Source: Octopus sinensis
Taxonomy: Eukaryota
Reading direction: 5' to 3'
Assembly: GCF_006345805.1 (NCBI RefSeq)
Contig: NC_043002.1
Span: forward strand, 50,716,001-50,780,000
DNA length: 64,000 bases
The position numbers and the translations under genes are program-made. Shown here piece by piece: positions 40,300-54,950 of the stretch. The notes under the pieces were generated by a model that was given only the letters and a program-made list of their open reading frames with translations, did not search any database and was not told the DNA's origin. The stretch's first letter is position 1, and each line of letters begins with the position of its first letter.

Positions 40300-42255
40300 C
40301 GACTGTTTCCTTTTCTCTTAACTACTTTTGATGAATTGTCCTTTAAGTACAGCCATTTCCCTATCTAAGCAATCTCAAACTGCAATCTTCATGTTGCATT
40401 GTCTCTTATGTCACTTATTTCGAAGACTTGGCTTGTAATATTTCTTGATGTCGTTTCGGTGTATATTCCTATATAGGATTAAGCCATATTTATATAATCC
40501 ATTTATAGTTTATTATTCTTTTTTCCGGTGATGAAGGGTTTATGGATTCTTCCAGAGTCAAGGAATCTCCCCAAAGATGGCTTCATTCTCTAGTGCTAGT
40601 ATGAGATTAGAACGCTGTCCTTTATGCACGTTTGGAGTGAGTTAGCTGATGTGTTAACTGGGTGCAATAACCTCACAGACCCGCTCAGATGTTCACAGCA
40701 GTTAACAAGAACCGACTGGATTTCCTGAATGTGAAAATCACCTAGAGAGAGTACTTTGTCGCCATGTGGATAGATATAGTGTAGATTGTCCATAATCCAA
40801 AGTGGTCGACTATTATAGCCAACAAATCTGTGATTGGTATGCTCGACCTAGATAAACTTCGTAAGAAATGTCTGGTTACATGAAACTAAGCACGTTGTTT
40901 TCGGTACACCAAGTTTACAGAGCCCCGTTTAGCAGGACCTGAAGGGGCAGTCGTCAAAACCAAACGGTTGCTACCTTAGAGAAGCGTCAATAGAGTTTCG
41001 CAAGGACGAAGTGATAGAATATTCTAGAATAGAAAGTGACCTACTTAGAAACATAGAAAGGGCGTTTAAGAAAGGATTCGGACCAACATACATGTGAAGA
41101 TATTGGTCCGTCATCAATTCATCAACGCGATGAATGGTGGTTACGTTGTTAGAGCTATGTCACGTGATCTAAGACACTAAATGACGAAAGACGATCGGTG
41201 GGCCCTGGTGAGTAGCAAAGATGCAATATTGTAATAAAGCCTAAATTCGATCTTTGGTGAACTACGATGAGTATGTGACCAATCCCAAGTAGATAGGTCC
41301 TACTTTTCAGCTGCACTTTGCTCGACTATTGCGGACGAGTGATGAGCCAGATCGCAGGGTGGGCTCTAATGTTCACCTTGATAGTTGCCCCAAATCTCAG
41401 CAACGTAGGTAGTGAATAACAACTACGAGAATATGGAAAGCAATGATAAGCTGCGTGAAGAGCAAATTGCCTGATTTGAGTGGTCTGCCCTACAACCTTT
41501 ACATTTATATAACAGTCTTTGCAGATGTTTAGCACAAATATTGGCAGAATGTAAAGATACCCGCTTTTGTAATCAGTGGGTGGTGGTGCTGTATGAAACC
41601 ACATTGTCATTTTTTGACCCATACCTCTGTTACTTGCAGATTTCAACATTTCGACAAGGTGTTATTGAAGAGGCTGATACTTGGTCCTGGTGGTCTGACT
41701 GCGTGCGTACAAACACCATCTGGAACACATTCATCCATGTCCATCTCTACCTCATTCGATATATCATATATAACACGGTAAGAATCCTGAGAAGGGTGCG
41801 ATCTTCATTAGCATAGACAAATTTTCATCACTATTTGGCAGCTGTCATCATGGTAGCCAGTTTCGTTCCCTGTTTATAGGGGCTGCAAAATACATTAAAC
41901 ATCGGTTGGATTGTCAAAATGAACGACCATGTATTTGTAATCTTTCTAGATTAATGTATTCGGTCTATCAACGTCCTTTCTAGATGTACTTCCAACTTTA
42001 CTGCTACAACTGCGGAAATTGTAGACTGTGACAAGCATCATGCACGTACAGTGATAAGATGTCTGTGAGCATATGCGGATGACGTCACACTAACATTGTC
42101 ACGCAGCATGCATATACAGGACACGGTTCCAAGGGAATATAAGGCGGTGATACAGGGCAAGCTCCATCAAGAAATATCGTAACTCCGACTCTCTATAGGG
42201 ATCAGGAGAGGCAACTCCATGACGAACATGTTAAATTGCTCGCGGATGTATTGTG
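40300..42255 (-). mobile_element. Heavily decayed non-LTR retrotransposon
   Basis: GACPVSP (QGxPxSP-like), VTSSAYAH (YADD-like) and DYKYMV (YKYLG-like) in RT order, then a Cys/His-containing stretch. Confidence 0.45.
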
Positions 42256-42393
42256 GACATATGCCATTGCTAAAAATCAATATGGCTGAAATTAGTTACA
42301 GTAATTACATGAGCAGCAGAAGCAGTAGTAGTAGCATTAACAGCCGTAGTAGTATTAGCAGCAATAATAGTAGGAATTGTAATTGCAGCAGAA

Positions 42394-42810
42394 GGCGGCG
42401 AGCTCACTGAATCGTTAGTACGCCGGTGAAGATGCTTTGCAGCATTTCGTCCGTCTTTACGATCTGAGTTCAAATACCGACGAGGTCGGCTTTGCTTTTC
42501 ATCCTTTCGGGATCGATAAAATAAGTACCCGTTGAATACTGGGGTCGATGTAAACGACTTAGGCGCTTGTGTCAAATTTGAAATCAACATTTAGCTGTTA
42601 AGGCAGGGAGCTGGCAGGACCGTTAGCACGCCGGACAAAATGCTTAACTGCATTTGGTTCGTGTGTATGTTCTGAGTTCAAACACTGACGAGGCCGACTT
42701 TGCCTTTCATCCTGTTCAGAATCGATAAAATTAGTACAAGTTGAGTACTGGGGTTGATATAATCGAATACACCCTCTCCCAAATTTCAGACCTTGTGCAG
42801 AATTATAGTA
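42394..42810 (+). mobile_element. Two tandem SINE family B copies (42394-42590, 42602-42810)
   Basis: Two heads, ggcggcgagctcactgaatcgttag and ggcagggagctggcaggaccgttagc, each with a family B body. Confidence 0.8.
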
Positions 42811-43369
42811 GAAAATATAGTAGAGATCATAGTAGAAAGGATTATAGCGGACAAGGCTGAAAGGCACGAGGACCGCCATATTCCTCCTTGGTAGACGCCT
42901 CATGAACTTCTTCAAGCTTCCCTTGAAAAGGAAACTGTGTTTGAAGAGGGAGGTGTTGTTTTCCATTGAATTTATCAAAAGGTGCGTGAAAGTTGCGAAA
43001 ATAGCAAGAGTGGATGGTACTCCTCAAAGTGTAGACCTGTGAGTAGGAGAAAGGGGAATTTTAGAGGGCAGTCGTCCTTGGTGTTCAGGGAGATTTTGGA
43101 CGGTGGGGTCTTTCGATTATTCCTAGAGATCCTCTTGTACCAGAAGGACTACATCACTATCATTCTCCCACTTATTTTTATCTATGTATACTATTGATAT
43201 ATACCATCTTCCTTTTCATTGTATATTTTTACTGCTTTTTCTTTTTTTTGTTATTTCTTTATTTATTTTATCATTTCATTAGCTTTACATCTCCCCCGCA
43301 CTTTGTATGCTTCATTGTAGTATCTCCCTCACCCTTCGGTCTGGTGCCAAATAAAAGACATCCCTCTTC

Positions 43370-43491
43370 TTTTTCTTCTTCTTCTTCTTCTTCTTCTTCT
43401 TCTTCTTCTTCTTCTTCTTCTTCTTCTTCTTCTTCTTCTTCTTCCTCCTCTTCCTCCTCCTCTTCTACTACCTCTTCTTCTTCTTCTTCTT

Positions 43492-43541
<50 letters not shown>

Positions 43542-43570
43542 TATCATTATCATTAATATTGTTATTGTTA

Positions 43571-43603
<33 letters not shown>

Positions 43604-43740
43604 GTAGTAGTAGTAGTAGTAGCACAGCAGTATTATCATCATCATCATTATTATTATTATTATTATTATTATTAGTAGTAGTAGTAGTAGTAATAGTAGT
43701 AGTAGTAGTAGTAATAGTAGTAGTAGTAGTAGTAAAATTA
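43370..43740. repeat. Compound (CTT)n-(CAT)n-(TAT)n-(TAG)n microsatellite
   Basis: Direct reading. Confidence 0.95.
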
Positions 43741-44135
43741 GTTAGTCTTTTGTCATGTACGATTTCATTATTGTTGACAGCATTGTGGGTATTGGTGTTG
43801 CTACTATCCTCGCTGTTGTTGCTGATGCTTCTGATAATGATGGTAACCAAGAGAATGTCGTTAGTGTTGTTGCTATGGTTGTTGTTGTTGATGTTGATGT
43901 TGACGTTGTTGTTGCTCCTGTCATTTCACCAGACTTTATATTTAACCTTAGTTGCTCTCTCTCACGTTACATATTTCATTCATGTCTTCACCTGGTTTTC
44001 TGTCGGTTTTACTTTCCGCTCTTCAATTTTCTTCCCGGTGTGTTGCAGCCATCGTCATCGTTGTTGTCGTCATCGCAATCATTGACATCACCACCACAAG
44101 CACCAGCACCAGCACCACCACCATCGTCACCATCG

Positions 44136-44168
<33 letters not shown>

Positions 44169-44199
44169 ATCACATCACGTCGTCAGCGTCATTGTCGTC

Positions 44200-44238
<39 letters not shown>

Positions 44239-45230
44239 CGAACATCATCATCATCATCATCGTCCTCGTCATCCTCATAGCGGTCGTCTTCGACATCGTC
44301 ATTATCATCCGCCGCCTCCTACTCCCTCTCCTCCCTCTTCTCCCTCTCCTCCTCCACGCCCTCGTCATCCTCCACCTCCTGCTAACACTCCCGTTCCCTT
44401 CCTACTCCTCCACTTCTTTTTCATCATCATCGTCATCATCATCATCATCATCATCATCATCACGATGTTTGCTATCATTATAATCATGAAAACCATTAAT
44501 TGTTACTTTCATGTTGTGCTGCTATCATGAAATTAAAATTCTATCAATTACTAAAATATGCATTCAAATATTTAGAAAAATATAAATATAAATGTATATA
44601 GACAATAAAGAATAAATAATAACTAGATTTCAATAAGCGTATATACGTATCTACAAGCACATATATTTACATATTCTTAGATGCAGATATTCACTTCTAT
44701 GTATACATATGTGTGTGTATGAGCGTGCGTATGTATGTATATATACATATATAATATATATGCATATATATATATATATATGTATGCATACGTGTATATA
44801 TGTATATATGTATGTATGTATGCTTGTGTATATATATATGTGTATACATACAATATATATATACGTATATATATTATATGCATATATATTTTTGATCTAT
44901 ATACTTGTATGTATAAACGGAAAGTATGAATGTTTATATATACGCACACAGAGCTACAGACACATGCACACACATACACACACACACACACACACGCAAA
45001 CATATTAGCTGAGTTTGCACAATTTCCGCAGCGAACGGTTTTCTACGACCTAGTGTGTACGAACGTCTTAAATATAATTGTAAATCTATGAATGATTATG
45101 TCTGCATGTGCATACATACATGCATGCATATATACATACATACATACATACATATATATACACATATATATGTATGTAAATAGATATGAATGCATATGTT
45201 TATATATGTGTGTGTGTGTGTATGTGTGTA

Positions 45231-45271
<41 letters not shown>

Positions 45272-45312
45272 TGTGTATTAAAGCTACCGTTTGTTTCATG
45301 TTGAAAAAAAAT

Positions 45313-45438
45313 TCTCAGCAATTTTTCAAGCCTAATCGCATGGAGGAAAGGTGTTCGTCTCCATTTTGGATGAAAACACTATCCAAAATGGAGGCGAACA
45401 ATATTCCTCCATGTGATTGGCTTGAACAACTGTTGAGA
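45313..45438. repeat. Imperfect hairpin, about 58-bp arms and 11-nt loop
   Basis: tctcagcaa...ccattttgga / tgaaaacacta / tccaaaatgg...ctgttgaga. Confidence 0.75.
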
Positions 45439-46214
45439 TATTATATATTTTCATAACATAAAACCAAGCCTTAAAACGCAAATAAAGAATTGTTGTCCAG
45501 CAGTTCGGTGTTGAGCACTCATTTTCGTTGTTATGTATTTTTGTACACACACACACACACACACACACACGCATAAATATACATACAGCACACCTCACGA
45601 CCACCTGGTCCTTTCCTTGTTTCTTTGTCATTCTGACAAGTATTGATGTTTTCCAATATTTTTCGATGAGTGAATAGGTGTTTTCTGTAGCCAAGGCTGG
45701 TCCATTGCCGGAACATAATCAACAACAAAAATATCTGTTAATTTAAAATTTTTAACTCTCACACCGATACAAGTGATCCGCACGGGCAAGTCTGTGTATG
45801 TTAGGAAATATATATACTAACAGAAAATTATCTTTCACATAACTTTTTAAAATCCCTCTGCGGCCATTTGGGTCCATTTTGGATAGTGTTTTCATCCAAA
45901 TTCCTTGCACAAATACACACACTGATCCCACCTTTTCACTTGCTGTCACAAATTTCGAAATTCTAAAATTAAGTGAAAACATTTTCACACTGAATCAGAA
46001 CTTGTGATACATTTATTTCAGAAATGTCTAGAAAAATGCTACAGAAGTTTAAACTTTGATAACTTTTACCCAATCAAAAATCAGGATTTGTGCATGATAG
46101 CAGTATATCATAAAATGAAAGTAAACATAACACGACGTAGTTGGCAAGAAAATGAAAGCAATTATGTCACATGAAAAGCCAGAGAGAGGGACAGCATGCG
46201 TATGGTGATAAACA

Positions 46215-46425
46215 TACGAGGGGCGTTCAATAAGTAATGCCCCGACCCACTGAAGCTGTTCGATCTAGCTGAAATTGTGCATGTGCAATATTTATATCTC
46301 TATAGATTAAGTGGCAAAGTAAGCTCTAAATAATTGTGGTTTCTGATTTACAGGGTTTGAACTGAGTCATGTGAAATGGAGCCTGTTGAATGTCGAGCGT
46401 GATCCGGTTTTTGAGGAAAGACTGA
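46215..46425 (+). mobile_element. Mariner 5' end fragment
   Basis: TIR-like tacgaggggcgttcaataagtaatgcc and start MEPVECRA..IRF (mariner N-terminus). Confidence 0.65.
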
Positions 46426-46640
46426 TAAAAAAAGTGTTGTAAATAACACATGAGAGAGGAGAAGGAATAAAAGAGAGAGAGGCATAAGGGCGAGAGAGAA
46501 AGAGAGAGACGGCATAAGGGCGAGAGAGAGAGAGAGAGAATGTGTGTGATGGTGACAGATAGAGAGTGAGAGTTTTGTCAATCTAAAAGTTAAGTTATTT
46601 CTCGTAGCAAGTTATATTTTCTGATTATTATTTACGTAAA

Positions 46641-47125
46641 TCATCATCATTGTTCGACCGTATCCGAGATAATGGAATTTACTATGTTACGCCAGACTTC
46701 ACGGTCCATCATAGCATTACGGAGGTCCTGTTGCTGGATGCCTGTATCTCTGGAGATTACATTAGGAGTAGGAAAGTGTGCGCCCTCTGGTATCGCGAGC
46801 AGATGGCTTCCAGAGGAGAAGAGTAGAAATTACCTCGTTTTCAGCTCTACAACAATCTCCAGCAAACTGGACTCTTCTACCTTTCACAAGAGATGATACA
46901 GATGGCAATTTCCCAAATATTTGTATTTTGGTTGGATGACTCTTCCACGAGAGATTTTGAGCTCTCCTAAGGAGGCGAGTGTAAGTTCCATCCAACCGCC
47001 TCTCGAGCTTCTTTGATAACGTCCAGATTTCTGAGCCATATAGTAAAACCTTCTCTTTGGGACGTAGATTTCGGAAATCAAATTGTTTTTTCTAGAGGAC
47101 GCACTGTTTCAAACTGTTTTGGGGC
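46641..47125 (-). mobile_element. RTE LINE 3' end
   Basis: DGTYTRLLRRAQNLSWKSHPTK...RRVQFAGDCCRAENEVISTLLLWKP; (GAT)n tail on the minus strand. Confidence 0.8.
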
Positions 47126-48106
47126 TAATCACATATACATAACCGCATACACTCTCATTTTTATAGTAGATGCATTCAGTGATATATTATGTGTCTAGGT
47201 AGCCCAGCAGTATTCACAAGGAAATGATCATCATCATCATCGTCGTCGTCGTTGTCGTAGACATGTGTATGTGTGTGTGTGTGTGTCTCCTGATTTATCA
47301 AATTACCAGGTGAATTTTAAACATTTTGCACACAGAAAAACACTCACGCACACACACACATGCACACACACACACACATGCATACACACACATGCACACA
47401 CACACATGCACACACACACACAAAATGAAAATGTTCTGCTGTCATGTGGATACAACGTCCACGTGCGAGAAATGATGTGGTGCAATATTTACAGCATGGA
47501 AGTGATGTAACTTCCATTGAAAATATTCAGTGATTAGATAGCACAATAGGTTCCAAATACCTAAGTGATTTGAACCTTAGTCTTAAAAAAATATGTAAAG
47601 ACATAAGTTATTTACCGCCCTTGAAAATATATTCTGGCATATCTTTAATTCAGATTTCGTGTTAGATTTTTGGATTTATGATGAAATAATTTATTTCTTA
47701 AGTAGTTGAGCATAGAACTTGGCAAACCTTAAATTTGGAAGATTGTAGCAATTTTGCTGTAGATGAAAAAAGAGTGCAAATATAACAGTAATAGTACAAG
47801 AAAGTATTTGAAGTTCAACCCACGAAATAAATATGGTCGTTTTAAAAGCAAGGCTGAAAATGTTTATACAGGTTCGGATATGCCGTCATTAGTCTGAATA
47901 CAATTACATACTTGAAAAAATTGTTTATGGGAGAATGAACAAGCTTGATGATGTTTATAATGGATGAATAAGGCGTAGGTATGACAGTCCATCGGGAGTT
48001 CGCTTCGGTACAACTAGCCGTATGGTCCACCTCAGTGCGAAGCACCTTCACCCAAGTTACTTCTGCTGTAGCTTTGAACTGAACAATGTCTCGAGAGTGA
48101 AAGCAG

Positions 48107-48210
<104 letters not shown>

Positions 48211-48332
48211 TGTATGTATATATGTATGTATGTATATTACAGATAACAAAGCAAAGCAACAGAAAATCCGAGGGATGCACTCATTTATTATCATTAAGTT
48301 GATCTCATGGACGGAAAATTTATAGAGTAAAA

Positions 48333-48367
48333 GTATAACGTTTCGGATATATTCATTCGTCAGATAC
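48333..48367 (-). ncRNA. Degenerate minimal hammerhead (extra A; damaged stem II) in a pLTR-like segment at about 48240-48480
   Basis: GUAU-CUGACGA-A-ugaauauaucc-GAAA-CGUU-AUAC; perfect 4-bp stem I. Confidence 0.5.
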
Positions 48368-49603
48368 AAGGAGGAGGTTTAGGCGAGATTATGAATGGAA
48401 TAAAGAGAAGGAAATAACCAAAATAAAAAGAATAAATAAGAGTTAGGGAAGAAATGCAAATGGGTTAGATTCACATGATCGACCTCTGTATATACATACA
48501 TATAACCATACATATATACATACATAGTTACACGGGCAGAAAGCGAAGGAAATAAACAAGAAAAATTATTTTTAAAGGTCTATCCCATTAATCGATTTCT
48601 AGTTTAGGGCTGTAATACTCTTTACCATCATCTGTATGACATAACCCAACCCGTGTTCATATGATAAATATGGTAGTTTTAGAGCTATTTGGTGTCTACT
48701 TCTAGCATGTGGCGCTACTCAGTAATTGCCCTTATTATAATTATATTTATAAAATTACATACTTTGATTTAATTCTTACTTAAATGGTTTATTAAATGCT
48801 AGCTACTTGATAAAATCCTATATAGATTTTATCTTTGGGTATAATGATAAATATGAATCACTTCAATCATCTTATCCACTGCTGAATTATTTTGACTATT
48901 CAGACGTGGTTGAGATGAACGAACCATATTTAACTTGTATATAAATGTGAACGTTTGTATATGTACTGTGGATATGCTGTGTTCGTATGGTATGTATAAA
49001 GGTTTATATTTATGTACTCTGAGTTATGTCATACTGCTGACTGTAGAGCGTACTAAATCCCTAAAGTAAAAATCGATCTATGGCTAAACCTTTTTAAAAA
49101 ATGTTTTTGTTCATTTCCCTCGCTTTCAGCCCGTGTCTATGTGGTAAATAAGATACTTTTAGAGCCATTTGGCACCTAATTCTAGCATGTGACGCTCCTC
49201 AGTAGTTGCCTTTATTATAAATAAATTGTATGGTGATTGTATGTATGCGCGCGCACGTACACACACATATAGAAATATTTGGGCATATGTGTGCACGCAT
49301 TTGTCGGTGAATGTTCTGCACTTTCAACGATGAGTTAAATAAAATAGTCTTCTACATAGACAATAGGTTTGGGCAAAACTGGCATCTTGACGGACAACAG
49401 CCCTAATAATATGTATTAGTATTATGCCGACAAGAGAAGCAAATTCAAAACGAAAGGACGATTCCTGGAAAAACTTAGTCGTCATCAAATAAGGAACTTT
49501 TGTAAAATTTTCATTTAAGATTACTTTCTTACCAGACCGACGATGAAGTACTGGGAAGTAGTTATGAAAGCCACTGAGAAATACTTTTAATCACATATCT
49601 GTA

Positions 49604-50148
49604 TACAGTAATGCCTCGATATACGAATTGATTCGTTCCCGGAGATTGCTCGTAAAGCGAAAACTCGTAAAGCAGAGCAATAGCTTCCCATAGCAGCAAT
49701 GCAATAAATCGTAATTCGTTCTCAGAAAATGATTTTACCAATAAAATGTATAATACTTGTAACTAAATGGCAATAAAATAACTGCAGAATGTAAAGAGTA
49801 TTTTATGTAAAGTAAAAAGAGTGTCAAGATCATTTGTAACAAAAATTATTATAATTATAATCGTTTTCTGAATCCCTTTCACTCGCGCGCACTATCATTT
49901 GTAGATGTGATCGCCGATTCACAAGCACTCGTAGACGGACTTGTAGATTTCGTTTTAAAAAAGCAAAGCTAGAGTTTTTTGCTTAGAAGCTTTTCTTCGC
50001 TCTCTATAAATTTCTCGGTAACCCGCAGTAGAATTTATAGTAGTAGAAACTTATGTACTTCGTTCAAAATTTGGATCTTCTACTTGAAAAGTAAAACTCG
50101 TAAACCCGACGTCTCGTAAAGCGGTCCTCGTAAAATGAGGCACTAGTA
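49604..50148. mobile_element. Tigger/pogo-like MITE
   Basis: Termini tacagtaatgcctcg and tgaggcactagta; subterminal ctcgtaaa repeats at both ends. Confidence 0.65.
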
Positions 50149-50224
50149 TATTGTAAAGGAGACGAGAAAGTAAATGCATATAAGCCAGAGATTAACAAGT
50201 TATTGTCTACTACATAAAAGTCGG

Positions 50225-50425
50225 TGAGACGGCAGAATCGTAAGCACGGTGAACAAAATGCTTAGCGGCATTTCGTCCATCTTTGCATTCTTAGTTCAAA
50301 TTCCGCCAAGTTCAACTTTATCTTTCATCCTTTCGGGGTCGACAAAGTAATAACCAGTTGAGTACTAAGGTTGATGTTATCGACTTAACCCTTCCCCCCA
50401 AATCGCAGGGATGGTGCCAAAAATT
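50225..50425 (+). mobile_element. SINE family B
   Basis: ggcagaatcg...gttcaaattccgcc...ctttcatcctttcggggtcga. Confidence 0.75.
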
Positions 50426-50770
50426 ACAAACAAATGCCTACTGTTTCAATATTCATATGTATCTCTCTATCATTGTAACTGTCTGTCTGTCTGTCTATCT
50501 GTCTGTCTGTCTGTCTGTCTATTTATCTATCTATCTATCTATCTACCCATCTACCCCTCTCTCTCTCTATTTATCTATCTATCATTAGCATGTGTGTATT
50601 TCTGTCTGTCTGTCTTCCTTTCTTGCTATCTATCAAGCTATCTACCAATTTGTGTATGTAGATATTTACAAGCATAATTACGTATACATACATGTGTATA
50701 TACGTGTGCATGAATGTAGCTATATATTATGTATGTGTTATATATATATATATATATGTGCTTATATACA

Positions 50771-50809
<39 letters not shown>

Positions 50810-50817
50810 AAGTATGT

Positions 50818-50872
<55 letters not shown>

Positions 50873-51442
50873 AATATATATGTATATATTAGATTAGATT
50901 AGCTCTCGCTGCTGTTATATCTGTAAGTCACGTATGACAACACTGCTTGGCTTCGATCACCTTTTACATAACATTTCTGACCTGTTTCAGTACAAATACG
51001 CTAAGTTCAAATATCCAAATTGTTAGCACAATAGTACATGTAATATTATCATTGTCAGCAACCAGCTATACAAAAGTCAATTTATACAAACATATATATG
51101 AATACATACAAATATACGTACATACATACATACATACATACACACACACATCCATATATATGAGAAAAACTGAGAGAGTGAGTTAAAAAGGAAGACAGGT
51201 AGACAGATAGATAGATAGACAGCATGATATAGAGATGATTTTAAAAGAATGATGTCCACGGGAATTTTAAATGAAGCAGGTGAATATACATTTTAATTAC
51301 TCTTTCAACATACATGCACACGTACGCACGCACGAGTATGTATATATACATACATGTGTATCCATATACACAGTGTTCATACTATATATGGAAATATACA
51401 CATACATAAATATAAACATATATATATATACATATACATACA

Positions 51443-51473
<31 letters not shown>

Positions 51474-51518
51474 ATCTATCTATCTATCTATCTATATCTA
51501 TCTATCTATCTATGTCTG

Positions 51519-51587
<69 letters not shown>

Positions 51588-51588
51588 T

Positions 51589-51647
<59 letters not shown>

Positions 51648-51669
51648 GTGTGTGTGCGTGTGTGCGTAT

Positions 51670-51700
<31 letters not shown>
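51443..51700. repeat. (TATC)n then (GT)n microsatellite
   Basis: Direct reading. Confidence 0.95.
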
Positions 51701-51703
<3 letters not shown>

Positions 51704-51848
51704 TACGGAGCATATAAAGCTACTAATATATAAAGCTTCCTCTTGCGTGGGTATCGAATATTAATAATTATCAATAAAGCTAAATGCAGACATCCATATA
51801 CATACATAATACATACATACATACATACATAATACATACATACATACA

Positions 51849-51880
<32 letters not shown>

Positions 51881-52826
51881 CATATATACATATGGATATA
51901 TATAAATTCATACATGTATATATGTGTATATACACACACACACATTTATGTATATATACACAGATTTATATAAGAAAAATACAAAAGACACATATATACT
52001 CGTACCTAGGAAATTTTCCAATATTTAAATACATGCACACAAATACATACCAAAGCGGTAATTGACAGCAATGGCTAATTAATCCTATTTTGCTTTCTAA
52101 TTAATACAGGATGTTAAACAAGATGACGTTGAAAAATCCCGGCATCCCATTCCGCACAAAGATGAAGAGATCAAGAAATTCCAGCGAGGGTTAATTCTCA
52201 GTGTGTGGGCATGTGCAAGTCGCTCAGAATCAGCTCTTTGAACAAAGTTCATGAATAGTTTTGAAGAGAAGTGAATGAAATGGTGTAGGCGTATGTGGGC
52301 GTGGGTATGTGGGGTGTGGTGGGGGTGGAGGAAGCAATGAGTGAGACGGTTGGGAGATGGATGCTGTTAAAAAGGGCATCGCCAGTAAATAGCGTTGCAT
52401 TTATTCAGAAACGCGCAATGTAGATATGCATAAAGCTCTCTCTCTCTCTCTCTCCCTCACTTTCTCTCTTGGTATACACACACACACACACACACGTACA
52501 TATATATGCATATATATATATGTATAAACACGCAAACACACATGTACATACACACACACACACATATATATATATACATACACATACGTAGATATATGTA
52601 TATATATATGTATATAAGCACATGTATTCATATATACATATACATATATTTACGTATATATGTGTGTGTGTGTACACACATCAATACAAGTACACGCATT
52701 TACCCTTCAACACCACTCTTTCGTTCCCTTTTATTTTATTTCTCTCCTTTACTCTCTCTCTCTTCATATATATATATATATATTATATATATATATATAT
52801 CTATATATATATATTGTATATATGTG

Positions 52827-53104
52827 TAGGCGCAATGGCTTAGTGGTTAGGGCAGCGGACTCGCGGTTTCGATTCCCAGACCGGGCGTTGTGAGTGTTTA
52901 TTGAGCGAAAACACCTAAAAAGCTCCACGAGGCTCCGGCAGGGGGTGGTGATCCCTGCTGTACTCTTTCACCACTCTTTCTTCTGTCGGCCTGCTCGTTT
53001 AGCCAGCGGGATGGCGTCATTCGAAGGCTAAAACAATGCGAACGCATTGTGACCAGCGATGTGTAACTACATCTGATGGTCTGGTCGGTCACGTGATCAC
53101 GTGA
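52827..53104 (+). mobile_element. tRNA-headed SINE, family C; related diverged copy at about 62330-62600
   Basis: Head ggcgcaatggcttagtggttagggcagcggactc...ggtttcgattcc with A/B-box-like words; tail cacgtgatcacgtgat. Confidence 0.8.
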
Positions 53105-53489
53105 TATTGTATATATACATAAAAATATATGTGTGTCTGTATATATTTAGGCTTGTATAGCAGACAAATTTCTACATGCCCATTCATATATACACATACA
53201 TGCTTACATGGACATATGCATATAAACAAACCTACACAAACACACGCCAGCGAAAACAGCACACGACGGGCAAATATTACCCCTCACATCAAATATATGT
53301 ACATACACATCAACACACACAAAGACGTGTTTTTTCTATCTGAAGTTAACTCAGCTGCCCAAGAATGCCCCATTATTTCCTTTTCCTAATTTCCTGCCAT
53401 ACAGCGTCCAAACATATAAACAAACACCACGTGCTTTCTTCGCTGGTATTGCATTTTCTCCCTGTTAATTTTCTCTGTTAATTTCAAGA

Positions 53490-54610
53490 GCGTGGAATCG
53501 CTAGAAGAGACCGTGGTAGCGTTATTGCAGTCAGAAAATGAAGTAAGAAGTATAATATAAGAAGTGTAATATGATCTAGGAACTGCCGGTGACAGCGCAT
53601 GATATAAAAATGAAATCTGTAGAGAATAGTTACATTACAAAAATGAAAGAAACATTGAAAAATAAGCATAATAAAAATACAAATTCAAATAGTTTCTCAC
53701 TATGCGACAATGTCTTAATGTACGCGCAGAGAGTAGTAGTACCAAGGGCACTACAGAAACGAGTATTGCAACAATTCAACAGTGGGCATCCGGGAATGTC
53801 CAGAATAAAAGCTTTAATGAGGAACATTGTATATTGGACGACTATGGACAGGTATATTGAGAAATTGGTGAAAGCATCACCAGTAAAATACCAATCGCGG
53901 TCAGAGACTGAGAGACCATGATCGAGGATACATCTCGACTACGCTGGACCAGTGAACGGCACATACTATCTAATCGTTGTAGGTAGCTATAGAAAGTGGC
54001 CAGAGGTATGCAGATGTAATAAACAGATAGCAAAGACAATAGTAAAGTTCCTACTTGAGTTATTTGGTCGATACGGTGTTCCAGACCCGTTAGATTCGGA
54101 TAATGGAATACAATTCACGGGATATGAATTAAGAAATTTCTGCAAAATACTAGCCATTCAGCACGTCCTTACCCCGCCCTATCATCCGAGGTCAAATGGA
54201 CAGGCGGAATGATTTGTCGACACGTTCAAAAGAGCTCTAAGAAAAGCTAGGAACGAGCTAGATAAGGACAGGGCAGTAACGAAATGTTTGAGAGTATATA
54301 GAATAACGCCAAATCCAAATACTAATCCAGGGGAGTCATCAACGGAGTTAATGTTCACGCGTAAAATAAAATCGAACTTCAATAAATTATTGCCAGGAAA
54401 AAATATAAAGGAAAGACAAAAAATATATCTGAAGGCAATACAAAAAATATTACAAAACATTCCGAAGTAAGTGATAAAGTTCCTTTTAAAAATTACAAAA
54501 ATGGTCAAGAAGGTTGGGAGGGTGGCTGTGTAATCAAGAGATTATACGTAACATGATGTAGTTAATTAAAGGACAACGTTCAGAACATGTGAGACATGTG
54601 AGTTTAGAGA
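53490..54610 (+). mobile_element. Ty3/Gypsy pol relic: integrase zinc-binding and catalytic core, disabled
   Basis: RVVVP...GHPGMSRIKALMR..VYW; RIHLDYAGP...LIVV..Y.KWPEV...SDNGIQF...HVLTPPYHPRSNGQAE*FV.TFK; stops and frameshifts. Confidence 0.92.
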
Positions 54611-54734
54611 TTCAGTGCTCAATATATTTCCTATAGTGTTATTTGTAAGGAAATATCGAGAAAACAAAAGCTGGTCTAGTCTTGAAGCTGATTGACCGAT
54701 GGCCGTGTGGGATTTATGCGTAATGTTCGCTATT

Positions 54735-54950
54735 GGCACTTAACTTATCGATTCCGAAGCGATGAAAGGCAAAGTCGCCCTCGGCGGAATTTGAACTCAG
54801 AACGTAGCGGACTTCAAATTCTGCCGAAGTGTGACTTTGCCTTTCATCCTTTCGGGGTCTTAAAATAAGTACCACTGGCACACTGGGGTCAATGTAATCT
54901 AGTTACCTCCTCCACCAAACTTTCTGGCCTTGTGCCAAAATTTGAAATTA
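54735..54950. mobile_element. Head-to-head inverted SINE family B fragments
   Basis: 54761-54795 pairs with 54813-54848. Confidence 0.8.

Noticed and set aside
42840-43200. Possible PLE RT C-terminal relic (also 47842-48110)
   Set aside because: Only vague resemblance by eye; needs a profile search.
48661-49220. 80-bp diverged direct repeat with a 480-bp period
   Set aside because: Likely two old copies of a common short repeat; no structure or coding signal.
52090-52220. Acceptor-like site followed by DVKQDDVEKSRHPIPHKDEEIKKFQR
   Set aside because: No strong donor and no recognisable homology.
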